Positions 11,506-23,564 of a DNA stretch of 46,440 nt are shown here, one piece after another. Origin of the DNA: Chromera velia. Taxonomy: Eukaryota. The stretch lies in the NCBI GenBank assembly GCA_018398765.1, contig JAHBMJ010000495.1, positions 1 through 46,440 on the forward strand, in the 5' to 3' direction. Numbering within the stretch: the first letter of the stretch is position 1; the number at the start of each line of letters is the position of its first letter. Under the pieces are notes generated by a model. It made no database searches. It saw nothing but the letters and a program-made list of their open reading frames with translations, and was not told where the DNA came from. Made by a program: the position numbers and the translations under genes.

Positions 11506-13356
11506 GAGGGGGGCTTGACGGATCCATCACTCGATCAAGCTGCATACTCAGAGTGCGAGGAAACGAAGGCGATGATGAGTGCTGACTGTTTTCTTTGCCC
11601 TTTTCTATCGTGATCGCTGTTTCAAATCATTTTCAACGATGCGGTTCGTGCTCGAAAACTTGGAAAGTGGGAGTTCCCTTTGATGTCTTCGCGCGCATGA
11701 TATCAAGCGAACCCATGCAGCCAAGAATGACCCTGCCTGGAAATATATCGGACTCAAGCCTGCCGCCACCTTTTGCGCTCTGTTTATGACTCCTGCAGTT
11801 TCTGTCCTGACCTTTCCTTTCTGTGTCCGACTTCAGGATGATTGGAGCTTTTCTTCTTCCACCGTGACGCGATTGAGGACCCCCAGAACCTCACAGAAGA
11901 GATTTTCGCGTCGCAGGGCCTCAGTGGTGCGTTTGTTTGTTATTCCTGTCAGAGAACGAATGTAACCCTTTCTCACTTTCTTGTATGGCAGCTGGTGGAA
12001 CGCTGCTTCAGTCAGATGTGTGAACTGGCCGCTCATCGAGTCTCATTACAAAGTACCAGTCCGCTTTGTTTATTTCATGAATGTCAATTATCTTTTGCAG
12101 GAGCACGAAGTTCTCTCTTCACCATGCAGATCGCTTCCATATGCCCCCCCCCATACAGACGAAACGCCCGTGTTGTCCCCCTCCTCTGCATCGCATGCTT
12201 CTCCTGGGTCGATGCGTCCGTTTCCACACTGTGCCAATCTTTCTGCAAAGGAGGAGGCATGCAGGCATTGGGCAAGCTGTAGGGGTAAGGGGGGAGGGCA
12301 TGAATCAGTTGGAGCTCCCTACTTTGTCTTGGTTTGTGCACTTGCATACAGACACACACACACACACACATACACATACACAGAGGCCAGTGTGCCTTTG
12401 AATATTCTCATGATGGACCATTTTCAGTTCCCCGCATTATTTCCGGTCTTTTTCTCTTTGTCGTTTGTGGTCCTCCCACCTGGTTGTTGGGTATTGCACT
12501 GGATACTTTGGAAGAGCTCTGGAGGGCGTTCAATCGGAGGGGATGGGTGACCTGATGGATGGTCTGAGGATCTGAAGACGATTGAGCAGCTTCTTGTGAA
12601 AGACTATGTACATACAAGGAATAAGTCAGTACGTATCATGCGTGTCACCATGTCGTTGCTGCTTTTGATTTTGGCTTGATCACCTGGGAGTGGCGCCACT
12701 TTACAGTGCTACAGTGCATGATTAAGGTGGGAAAAAGAGAAACTCCAGAGCGAAGCAAATCCAGGAGCATGGAGAGTCTCTCTAATATTAATTCTCTGAT
12801 CCTCCCACTTGCATGTTGAAGAGACTTGCATATACATGTGCTGAAGTTTTGCTACTTTGTACAGTTGTATCAATCCGCCTTCCACTGTGATACAGCTATG
12901 TGCAAACAAATGAGCGATTAAACAAATCAGAGTGGTTGGGCTGCATGCAACGATTGAAGCTAAATATTCAACCGTGTTATGATCATAAAATAATGAAAAT
13001 CTAATATGTATACAAACTTAATGTTCTATTTTGTAAACCATATCTATAAAACTATACATTTCTTATTCAGAGCAGCTTGGAAGTCAGGAGCAATATAATC
13101 ATTTTTGTAAAAAACTTACAGTAACTGCAAACTTTAATTTGTAAGCTCTTCATATGTATTAATATGTATATTTTTGTATCTGTTTTTTTATTCAGGCTCA
13201 CTTTAAAAATTACTTTAAAATATTTAGGTTTGTTTATGTAACTTATGATATAAGTTTGACTTTGATACAAGGCATTTATTTGAATTTTCAGTATTGTGGT
13301 GTTATAAACTAGGTTATGGAAGCATGCACAAACAGATGCTACCAGAAATAGAAGAA

Positions 13357-13730
13357 CCCTGTAAGGACTTAGGAATTTAAACAGGAATTTAGAGGATTTT
13401 AGACAGGAATTTAGAGGAATTTATAGAGGAATTTGGCTAGGAATTTATAATTAAAGACAGAAATTTAGGGGAATTTAGCAATTTTTGGAGGTCGATTTCT
13501 TGACAACTATGATGAGTTAGAACTTGATAGCAACAGTGCTCATAAGACTAATATAGGTCTATAAACACTGTTAATATTAAGTTCTGACCTATCATAGTTC
13601 ACAAGACATTTACCTCCAAAGTTTAGGAATTTAGAGGTCTAAATTCCTTTAGATTCCTAGCTAAATTCCTCTAAATTCCTGTCTAAATTCCTCTAAATTC
13701 CTGTGTAAATTCTTATAGGTCTTTGCAGAG
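13357..13730. mobile_element. Foldback-type palindromic element (MITE-like) with GGAATTTAGA subrepeats
   Basis: The right half reverse-complemented (ctctgcaaagacctataagaatttacacaggaatttagaggaatttagacagg...) aligns to the left half (ccctgtaaggacttaggaatttaaacaggaatttagaggattttagacagg...). The inner arms also pair up to a centre near 13552. No clear TSD. Confidence 0.75.
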
Positions 13731-14585
13731 AATTTAAAAAGAATGATTGTTAAGTGAGAGCCAGAGGAAGCTAGTTAGAAAACGAAAGTCCATCATTAAA
13801 TTTAACAATCTGTCATACGTGTTATGCCAGTGACTTGCTGAACACTAAATAGCTATTATGACCCTAATTTATGGGCTGAAGGCGATGGCGTATGATGATA
13901 ATAATGATACGGATCACTCCCATAATTCATTAGTATATAATATTAAACAACCAAAATTCATACGTAATAAGAAATTAAACTAAAAATTAGAAGTTTACTG
14001 ATCGAGGGGTTTGGAATCTATAAATCATTGGCAAGCTTTGAAACTGGTTTCATTTTTTTATTAAGTTTAAAAACAGGCAAAAAAAAGCTTTTAACGTTTG
14101 AGATTTACTGTCACTGTATGCATAACTGTGTGGCGCGCCACATCATACCATGCAGTGCTAATACACTTCGGTGACAGTGCGATTGCTAACGCAAAAAACA
14201 ATGTATACAATACAATGAAGCTTGAGCAATGCGCAACACGTGACGTGCACACTTCAAAAGTTATTCATTTGACAAAAAAGAAGACGAAAGACGTTCGAAA
14301 GTAGACGAAAGACAAAAGACGTTCTCACGCTGAACACGCGACTGTTGACTGTTGTCATCAGTGGTTCAACATGAAAGCGATGACAATTAACGCAGAGGAG
14401 GATGTCCCTCCCAGGGACTCAGGTAGGTCAAGGGGGGAATCTAAAGGTACGAAGAGACTCTCCCCACCATGTTTTTCCCTTTCTCGCTCTCCCCTCCCCC
14501 CACTCCAGCTTTTCTGCCCGTGCCCCTGGCTGGATGGATGGGTGGGAGACGGAAAAGGAATTAATGTCGATGCATTGGCAGCAGG

Positions 14586-17500
14586 TCAGTGGGGGCATGA
14601 GAGACTGCGGGGACGTACGTAGGCTCGCTGTAGGATTTCATAATCCTCTTCCACACCCCCGTCTCTCTCTTTGGGAAACAAATGCAACGCTACCCTGCTG
14701 AGCGCATCGGCCTCTGTGCTGCTGCTGACACTCAGAGAAATGGCCTGCAGACCCAACTGGTGCCTCGTTGTTCCCAGGCCGCATGCTTTTCGGAGGCTGG
14801 AGGTGAAATGCGTCAACGCTGTGCGGGCCCCCTCCAGTGCCCTACGCACATGCGGAGGCAGTCTACTTCTGGCTCTGTGCTCTCGACACACATCTCTCCG
14901 CATCATGGCCACAAACCGAAATGCCATTGCTCTCACGCTTTCCGAATCTGCAGCAACGGACGCTGCGATCGTCTCCCCCTCCTCCCCCAGCACGACCTGT
15001 GTGGTGCAAAACAAATCATGTCGGAAATAATCCCCCGCATCGGGATCAGATTCTATGCCCATCCAGCCGTTACACAACGTACCGAACACCCTATCGAGGT
15101 CCCAGTCAGGACGGCAAATGAGCGATCTGAAAGATCGCAGACAGTGGAAACTCAGAGAGACTAGCGAATCTTGAAGCACCCCCTTTGGAGGCACTAAGGA
15201 CGGGTACCTCCGTCCGATCATCTCTATCAAAGAGGCTCCGGTGACACCCACCTCCTCCCTCATCTCATATTCCTCCCCCCTGTACTCCATCATTTTCAAA
15301 CTCACGAAACCCCTATACAAAGACGCAGGGGGGGATGCGTCTCCGAGGCGCGTCAAGAGGAGACAAAGGATGTGTTTTGCTTCAGAGGGCACAAAGAGAC
15401 GTTGGAACCCCGCAGAATTCTCACGCGATCCCGCAAAGTCCATGGGGGCTTTTCTGTTGACCTCCTGCCCTTCTTCGCACGGCGCTCGCTTGGTGATTGG
15501 CCACTTGAAACACGCGGGAGAGACAGACACAAAAGGGAGCCGAGAGAACACCCACTCAACAACGGAGAGAATTCCAGAATCTACAGCGGCCTCCATTACT
15601 GTTGGAGGGAGTGTTCGGATCGGGGCAGGACGGCTGTCCTTCAACCACAAGAATTCCAACCAATCTACCCTTCCGGCTTTTGCTGCTATTCTATACAGTC
15701 CCGTGCTGACGGGGAGAGGATCTGTGTTTTCTGCAACCGTCCACTTGACAAGTCTGAAATCACCCTTCTCAAGCGCCTCCTCGGCACAAGAGGCATCCCA
15801 GAAAAAAGGCATACGACGACGACTTCCTGTCACTCCCCCGTCTCCCCTCCCTCTCGCCCCCCCTTCTTCCAACCGGGCCCATTTCAGAACGTCTAGCTGC
15901 CCAGACTGACAGGCAAAGAAACACACCCGACTCCAATCTGCCCACCGGAGTCGTTCCAGGTCCGCGTCAACTTCAGGGGCGGTCCCTTCCCCCCCCTCTG
16001 CCCCACTTGTACCTGACCCCCCACCCCATTTGCCCCTGACTCTTGCTGTCCCTGTGGGTTCTCTTGTTCTGCGTGCCCCTGCGGATCTCGTCCTGCATCA
16101 ATGCAGAGAAATGCACAGAGAGCAAAAACATGAAGCACTGAGAGAGACATTGACAAACTAGAACAAAACTTTGATGAAACCTTCCGGACTCTTTCTCAAT
16201 TTGTCGAACATCAGGATGAAAACTAGCGGACTTTTTTTCCATCTGGCTTTCATCCCTTCTACTTCTTTCTTGTTGGGGCCTTTCAATTCCCCCCATTCGG
16301 TCTCCTCTCCTGTTTTCCTCATTTCTTGTGCCAACAGCCTCTTCTCTTTCCCCCCGCCCCCCTTCCTCGTTCCTTTCCTCTTCTTCCTGTCCCCCCTTCC
16401 TTCTTTTTCTTTCTGTGTTACTTGTTTCCCCGCTTTTCCATTTCTGATATCTCTGCCTCTGTCATTCCTTTCTCTTTGTTGTCAGGTCCATGCTCTCTTC
16501 GTCCTTTCGGGCGTTTCGACTTTCAATTTCCTCCCTCGCTTCCTGTGACTCTGGACACTGAGAGAAACAAAACCCATACAACCTGACCATTATGAGACTC
16601 GCTCCCCGTCTCCGGCTGTTCCACAAGACTCAGCAGATGTCTCTCCTCCAATTCCCTCAAATCCTCCAACTGACCCAGTCGGGCCAGTACGTTGACCCAA
16701 AAGTCCTTCCAAAGCGAGGGCTCACCGGGGGACACAGAGAGCAGTTCCAACAAGGGCAGCGGACTGCTGCGCCACTCCCGCCGGGGCAAACCATTCCATT
16801 TCCAGACGCACTGACAGAGAAGAAATTTCCAGTAAGGGCAAACGAAAGTGGACAACAGATACAAAAGAACCTGCACAGAGTTGGAAGACAGAACTGCACA
16901 CAAAATGAGGGGAGACGTTCCCCTCAAGGAATCTCCCCGGGTGGTTCCGGAAGGTGAAAGCAGGGCACGGAGATCCGGTACTCCCTGGCTCGACACTTCC
17001 CTCTCATCTGCTGACACCTTCTCAATCAAACCAGGGTCCCGTTGTTCGATAAAGTGCAACAAGGGGATGTTACCTCCAAGCGCAGCAGCGCACAGCATTC
17101 CTTCCCCAAGGCTGCGCTTGCATGCAGACCGCCACAGCCAGTCAGAGTTAACAGAAACGGAACGGTTCTCATCAGCAGATGGGGGAGGAATCGTATCTCT
17201 ATCCGGCAGATGCCACGCTCTTTCCCACTCGCGATCTTGAAACGGGTCTGTGGTGATCGAAAGAGGAATTTCTTCTGGTCCTGCCCCCTCTCTCTTTGTC
17301 TGTTCCTCGGGTCTCGCAGGGATTTTCTGAGAGAGACTCCAGGTGGGAAAGAAAGAAAGGAGATGGGATATCAGAGATGGGCAACCGACGCGGGAGGCAC
17401 GGCAAAGCAAGTACTGTGGGGAATTGGCAGGGAAGTCAACATCTCCCACTGCACTATTCTTCTCATCTTTCATACGCAGTGGGTCGGCATAGGAAATCAG

Positions 17501-17740
17501 AGAGGGGGACTCAAAGATCACAGACGAAGTAGTCCGTCTATCCGTCTCCGTCTCTGCAAAGGTCTTCGAAAGGCTGCGAAAGAAGAGACTTCGACGCCCA
17601 CCCAACAGAAGCTGCAATGCGTCTGTAAGCAGGCCACTGCATGAAAACACATCCTCGAAGGTTGCTGTTTTTGGTGGGGGAAAACTGTCCAACGACGCAC
17701 TTCCGGAATTATCGGCAACTTCTGCATCGGTCTGTATCAT
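14586..17740 (-). CDS. Degenerate ankyrin-like repeat protein; exons 17740-16588 and 16092-14586, with a probable 1-nt frameshift at the C8 run 15989-15996
   Basis: Repeated helical motifs: AAALGGNIPLLHFI, ACQSGQLDVLKWAR, WDASCAEEALEKGDFRLVKW, AAKAGRVDWLEFL, AAVDSGILSVVEWV. The two long ORFs are separated by a pyrimidine/purine-biased intron with donor G|GTCAGG and acceptor TGCAG. Confidence 0.7.
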
Positions 17741-18428
17741 GACCTGCAGCTACGCGCGTGATGTGTGGACGATTTTCTGATATTTGATTTTTTCGATCAG
17801 CGCTCAGCGACGTAGATAACTTCAGAAGGATAATTGCGGACGAAGAGAGCTGTCCTCGAAGATCAGTGGAAGCCGTGTTCTTTCTCTCACAGCGCAGTTT
17901 CGAAAATTTGAAAAACCAGCTACTGATGCAGTCAGAGACTGTCTGACAGTTGCTGCTTTTCAAAGATGCATTGTCAAACTGATAGTGAGACGCAAGTGAC
18001 TCCTGCTGATCTCCTAATGATAATTGATAGCCTCACACAATCGACAGACATCTATATACCGGAAGCTGTCCTGTAGAGTTTCGAATCTGCACTGATTCTG
18101 CAGATTCAGTTTTTGATGTTTATGCCGCGGTTCAATCTTTTTCCGAGCTTTCGCCGAATTTCGCCGAGCCATTCCGAGCATTTCCGAGCCGCGCGCGCGG
18201 GCAGCTCTTCTTGCATGGCCTGAATTTAATGCTTCTGTCGCGATCTACGATGATCTAGCATGATCTAGCTACGTTCTGTCGGACAGTGGGCGCCGCGTTT
18301 TCTTCGCACCCAGATGAGATCCTGTATGCTGGCAGTAGTTCAGATGCTCTGCAGATCTTTAGTGGTGCCCGCGTCCATCTCATTCATGTTTTCTGCCTTG
18401 GTGCAATCCAAAGAAAACGCACAGTTCC

Positions 18429-20748
18429 ATGGAGGAGTCGCGGAGACGTCAAGGTAACGGCAACCGCACCTTGAACGGCACAGACGGAATGCATCTCCCG
18501 AAAGTATTACGGCAGGCTTTCAAATGGACACCCGAACACCTCACGGGTCTTCAGGGTGTGTGCGGTCGTTACGGAGGTTGTATTCCTTTTATGCATGACC
18601 GCAAGGGGGAATGGCAGTTTGACAAGAGCAGACGGAGACAAGCAGCCGTGTTGGTCCCCTTGTGCAACCGGAACGGCGAGGCATCGGTGTTATTTACAGT
18701 GCGTAGTAGCAAAGTGCGCACGCATAAACGTCAGGTGTCGTTCCCCGGGGGCCATCTAGAGCCGGGGGAATCGGGAAAAGACGCCGCACTGAGGGAGACG
18801 GGAGAGGAGTTGGGCACCGGATTTTTGAAGGGGATGGAAATCGTGGGACGATGCGACGAGGTTAGCCAAGATTTTCTACGACACTATTTTGGTATGTGTT
18901 TATTCTTTCTCCTTTTTTTGCAGAACGCGCATTCGCTACCTGTACCGGTGTCCACAGTGTTGACACGGCCTTCGATCACCCTAAGACAAGAGGGAGACGG
19001 CAGTCTAGATTTCAGACACGGACGGAGCTGAGCTGCAGTGAAAGCCTTGCGGGTGTGCGGAGCAGATCTCGTTGGCTCCACACTTCTCTGCCTATCTTCC
19101 TGTCCTTTCTGTCGCAGGTGGAGGCAGTGACGGGCACGATTGTGCACCCGTACCTGGGCGTGATGTGCGAAGATTTGGGGGACCTGAGGAGATTGGACCC
19201 CAGTGCTGATGAGGTGCGCCTCTTTTCTCTTTACCCATTTCTGTGGTTTTTGTTGTAGCAACACATGCAGATCATGAGCGAATCGTCTTCTCTGTCTGCC
19301 ACCAGTCTTCCCCTTCCTGGCCGCCTGTCCACATCGCGCTGTTGATGTGGCAGCTCGTTCATTTATTTATCCTCTCTTCCATCACTCCCTCACGCTTTTA
19401 CCCACTCGCTCGCTCGCTCGCTACTGACTCACTCCCGAAGAGAGGCATGCAGAGAGACAGAAGGGGAGAGAGAGGACAGAGAAGTAGAGCAGCACGAGAC
19501 AGAAAAGGAGAAACAAACGTTGGGTGAGAAAAACTTTTTTTTTTGCCGCATGAACTGAATGTTTCCGCTGAAAGTCAGTTGCAAAAAGAATTTTACTCAT
19601 CAGTCAGAGATGCTAACGGAAAGTATGGCCATGAAGGAACAACTTGATTCTATCTGAATGCAACCTCATTCTTCATGCCGATGTGTTGCCTTCGCCCCCT
19701 GACCCAGTCCTCCCTTCTCCCCTCCACCGAAGTCTCTTCGTCCATTTCATTCGGTGAACTTCTCTCGTCCACTCTCAACGCATGGACTTTCACCAGCATA
19801 TGCAGTTGTCTGAGTGGCACCCGTGATAAAGAACGTGCAGAGAGCCGGGCGGCAAGACACGAGTTTACCTGAGAGCATCTAAACGCATGCCTCTTATGCA
19901 CATTCTGTCTGAACCCGTCTCTATGACTGCAGGTCGACGAAGTGTTCACACTCTCCCTCACCCAGCTGACAGACCCAAGATGCTACACCATGGAAACAGT
20001 CGTGAGGGGCAAGGCTGCTTACCGCATACCCTGCTGGCGTGCTGGTCCTGCGCCGGTGTGGGGTCTGACGGCGTTTATTCTCTTTGGCGTTCTCCGGAGG
20101 CTGATCATTCCCTTCCTCGAGACCCTCTCTGTCTCTGGAGAGGGGGAGGCGGCCGCTGAACTGCAGTCTCCGGGGGAGTGCAGCAGTGCGGACGTTCTAG
20201 TTGCAGCCTCCCCTTCGATCTTCCCAGTGCCAAGCGATGAGGAACGGTTTCGACTTTTGCATCCACTGCTTTCCGGGGTCCCGGCACCGGCATCCACTGT
20301 GAAGAAGGCCCAATCCAGTCAGACGAGGGAGGTGGCTCTGCAGCTACCAGGGGCCCCGGCAAACGAACCCGCAGTATCGGAGGGCCCCGGCAATTTGGAT
20401 GCAGCAGGTGAAGGGACAGAGGCAAGGCAAGATGATGGCACGGTGACCACAATGCCGTCGAAAGTCTGCTACGAGACGGCCGTCTCTTCAGAGACGCCTC
20501 AGGGTCAGTCGGAGCGAACGGGATCCTCTGGCGCGATTGAGGGACACGGATGGCATTTGCAGCACGAAGTGTCGGGATCCTCATCAGAAAGTCCTCCGGG
20601 GGGTCAGAGTGCAGGAGGAAGTCCGTTCCAAAAAGTGCAGGTCCGAAACACGACGAATACCTTGCTCGGGCAGAGAAAGCTGAGGCACACGTTTCATAAC
20701 AACGCAACTTCAAATAAAAGAAAAGAGACTTTTCAGGCGAATCTTTAA
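18429..20748 (+). CDS. Nudix hydrolase of the CoA-pyrophosphatase type (NUDT7/NUDT8/PCD1-like), ~447 aa; exons 18429-18860, 19118-19213, 19933-20748
   Basis: AAVLVPL, then LFTVRSSKVRTHKRQVSFPGG (CoA-Nudix signature), then the Nudix box GHLEPGESGKDAALRETGEELG. DEVDEVF spans a splice junction, and VWGLTAFIL follows. Both introns are phase 0. Confidence 0.9.
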
Positions 20749-21053
20749 TGGTTTGTAAAATTATTTTTCAATATTTTAAGATATGTTTGGATTCATTTGA
20801 CTGATATCCTGCATAATTTCCCGGCACGCCGCGTGAGCAAATTTATTTGAAATTTTGAATTAAAACAGTGCATGATAATCTTTGAACGATGAGTCACATT
20901 TTCTAGAATATTTTGTAAGTTGCAACCGTGACGTTTTGCACTAAATTAAATGCATATATGACTCATAATATGAGTCTGATTGTTCAGTTAGAATATTCAT
21001 ATTTAATCTTGGACACTTTATGATAAGTTTATATGCGCTAATTAAACCATATG

Positions 21054-21348
21054 CATCAGTGGGTTAACTCGTTAATCATTATAGCATCATTATAGTGACT
21101 ATAAAATCTTCATAATCATTATGGGGGGTCTTATGAAAAAAATGAGAATTCAAAGGAGTTTTACAGCCAAAAAGATTCATCTTTATGACACAAATCAACT
21201 TGTTTAAACCATTTTTTGAGAAAGTGATTTTTGGGTGAGAAATCGGCTTCCAAAGTTAGGTGACCCCCCATAATCATTATGAAATCCAGAGTCACTATGA
21301 AAATTCATAATTATTATGGAAGTACCCCTTTGAGTTAACCCACTGATG
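21054..21348. mobile_element. 295-bp MITE with perfect 17-bp terminal inverted repeats
   Basis: CATCAGTGGGTTAACTC at 21054-21070 and GAGTTAACCCACTGATG at 21332-21348. There is also an internal inverted pair TTCATAATCATTATGGGGGGTC / GACCCCCCATAATCATTATGAA. Confidence 0.85.
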
Positions 21349-21723
21349 TGATCCATATATATGTAATTAAACAAGTCTAGAAGCAAATCACTACATGTTT
21401 TATTTTCATAACTTGTATAATGTGCATATTTTTGTCTGTAGTTTTGTCTTCCTTCAGAATCCTTCATATTTTATGTGTATGGTTATAATAGTATAGGTAA
21501 CAGTGCATATATTTGCATGATTTCCTTCAAAAAAGAAAAAATAACTGTATAACCGTTTACCAGTAGATGATATTACCTAGGATATTACTATGTAGATCTA
21601 AAAGTAGATTTAATTGAAAAGTAGAAATTGATTTGCCTACACCAATCCTATGGTACTACACAAAGTTAAATATGTAACAATTATACCTAACCCCCCTTTT
21701 GTTACACATAAAAGTGTGTAATA

Positions 21724-22360
21724 CTAGGCGACGCATAGTGGTAAAAAAAAAAAAATAATAAAATCTAAAAACGTCTATTTTTTTATTTTTTTTAAATTTA
21801 AAATTTTATTATATATATAAAAAAAAATAAAGGTTAAATGACTAGCTTCAACTAGAGTTTGAATCATATCTAGGATCCCAGTTTCACTTTTAGCTTGGTA
21901 GACGCTTAAAAGGATTGACCAAAACTAGCTTCGACTAGAGCTTCGAAATGTATATCGTCCTAGATATTATCAAAGAGTCAGTCAAAGAACTTCTCCTCTG
22001 TCTGCTTTTTTGTCTGCATCCATGCATCCATCCTGCTTATCACTCTTTACATAGAACACAAGAGAGCCCCCTTTTCCCTTCGCCCGCCCGCTCGCCTTCA
22101 TCCCTGTAATCCCCTTTTGGTAGAGACAAACGTACAATAACAACTAGGACTAGAACTAGGGTTGAAACTAAGGTTGAAAGATGTTTAAAACTTTGAGTTG
22201 AGTAATAAGTTCGTGAGGAAGTTAGTTTAAAAGTACTTCTAAAAGGTGCTCCTCTAGGTGCTCCTAAAGGTGCTCTAGGAAATCCTTCGTAGAAAAAAAG
22301 AAAAAAAAAAATCTGGAAAGGTCTATTTTTTTTTTTTTTTTACCACTGTGCATCGCCTAG
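21724..22360. mobile_element. Nested MITE, TIR CTAGGCGAYGCAYAGTGGT(A)n, with 8-bp TSD
   Basis: Left end ctaggcgacgcatagtggtaaaa, right end ttttaccactgtgcatcgcctag. Flanks are GTGTAATA (21716-21723) and GTATAATA (22361-22368), one mismatch. Confidence 0.85.
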
Positions 22361-22523
22361 GTATAATAATTATAGTGTACAATAATTCTAGACAAATCAA
22401 CCGTCTCTCTCATAGCATCCCCCCTGTTCCCGTCTCTGCTCTTTTTACCCCTACCTCCAGTGCTCAAAAGTTCTCCTTGCCGCGTTGCTAACGACACCAT
22501 TGCTCCAAAAGCAGTACCCTCAA

Positions 22524-22853
22524 CTAGGGGTAATTTTCAAAAAAAAAAAAATACGGTCTCCAGGGTAAATTTTTTTTTTTTTTTTGCTTTTCGATGATGA
22601 CCTCCATCAAGACATAACAACCATATGCAAGACCTTGCAACATAAAAGCAACAGTTGTATAATAGACTGAGTGTAACAACATTCATTTATCATTATAACA
22701 AAGAAACAATAGTATAACAACACTTAAACAGCACTTGTTGATTCGTATAACACATTAACAACACTTAAACAACATATTTTTTAGTTTGAGACCACACAAA
22801 AAAAAAAAAGAAGTGAAAATGACATTTTTTTTTTTTTTGAAAATTACTCCTAG
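22524..22853. mobile_element. Nested MITE, TIR CTAGGRGTAATTTTC(A)n, with perfect 8-bp TSD
   Basis: Left end ctaggggtaattttcaaaa, right end ttttgaaaattactcctag. ACCCTCAA is duplicated at 22516-22523 and 22854-22861. Confidence 0.9.
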
Positions 22854-23480
22854 ACCCTCAAATCACCCTGAAGAAGAAAAAGAAGACGAAGATGAAACGT
22901 GGAATTAATATACACTAAAGTGTATAATAATCAGTGCTCTAGGGCACCATTAATCACTAATCACTAATGCATTCCTAAAAGTGATAGTTTGAATTGATGC
23001 ACACTAAAGTATGTACTTAATGTATTCCTAAAAGTGATAGTTTGAATTACTGCACACCAAAGTGTGTATTAATTCATTCACCAAAATTCTATTAAAATGT
23101 GTAACAAAACAATGTGTAACAAAACATTTTGAAAAAAGTGATTGTGTAACCCTACAGGATTGGTGTAGATCATTCACCGTTCACTTCGAAAAGTCGATCG
23201 ATCTAGAAGTCCACACACACTTGCGATAGGGTGGATCGACCTGAACCAATGCGAGCCGCCCACATGCTTACAAACCGAGCGATTGTTAACGAATTCTGCA
23301 GAGAAGCATTAATTAATTCACAGATCCCCGTCGTGACTGCACACACTCGATCTCGTTCTCCAACAGATCCCACCCATCTTCTCTCCCCACTTTCCCGAAA
23401 CACACGAAAAGCCGTTCCAGTCTCTGGAAAGGTCAGGAAAAACTTGCTTTCGGCGTCAAGCAGAAAGTCTGTGGATAGCG

Positions 23481-23528
23481 TCAGAGAAGGTTCACGTCTC
23501 CACTTTCAACCTTGTCCCTGCATCAACC

Positions 23529-23564
<36 letters not shown>

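Larger units (their letters stand above)
21637..23168. mobile_element. Non-autonomous TIR element hosting two nested insertions
   Basis: Ends are CTACACCAATCCT (21637) and AGGATTGGTGTAG (23168). The subterminal motif TTTTGTTACACAT is present in inverted orientation at both ends. No TSD recognised. Confidence 0.65.
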
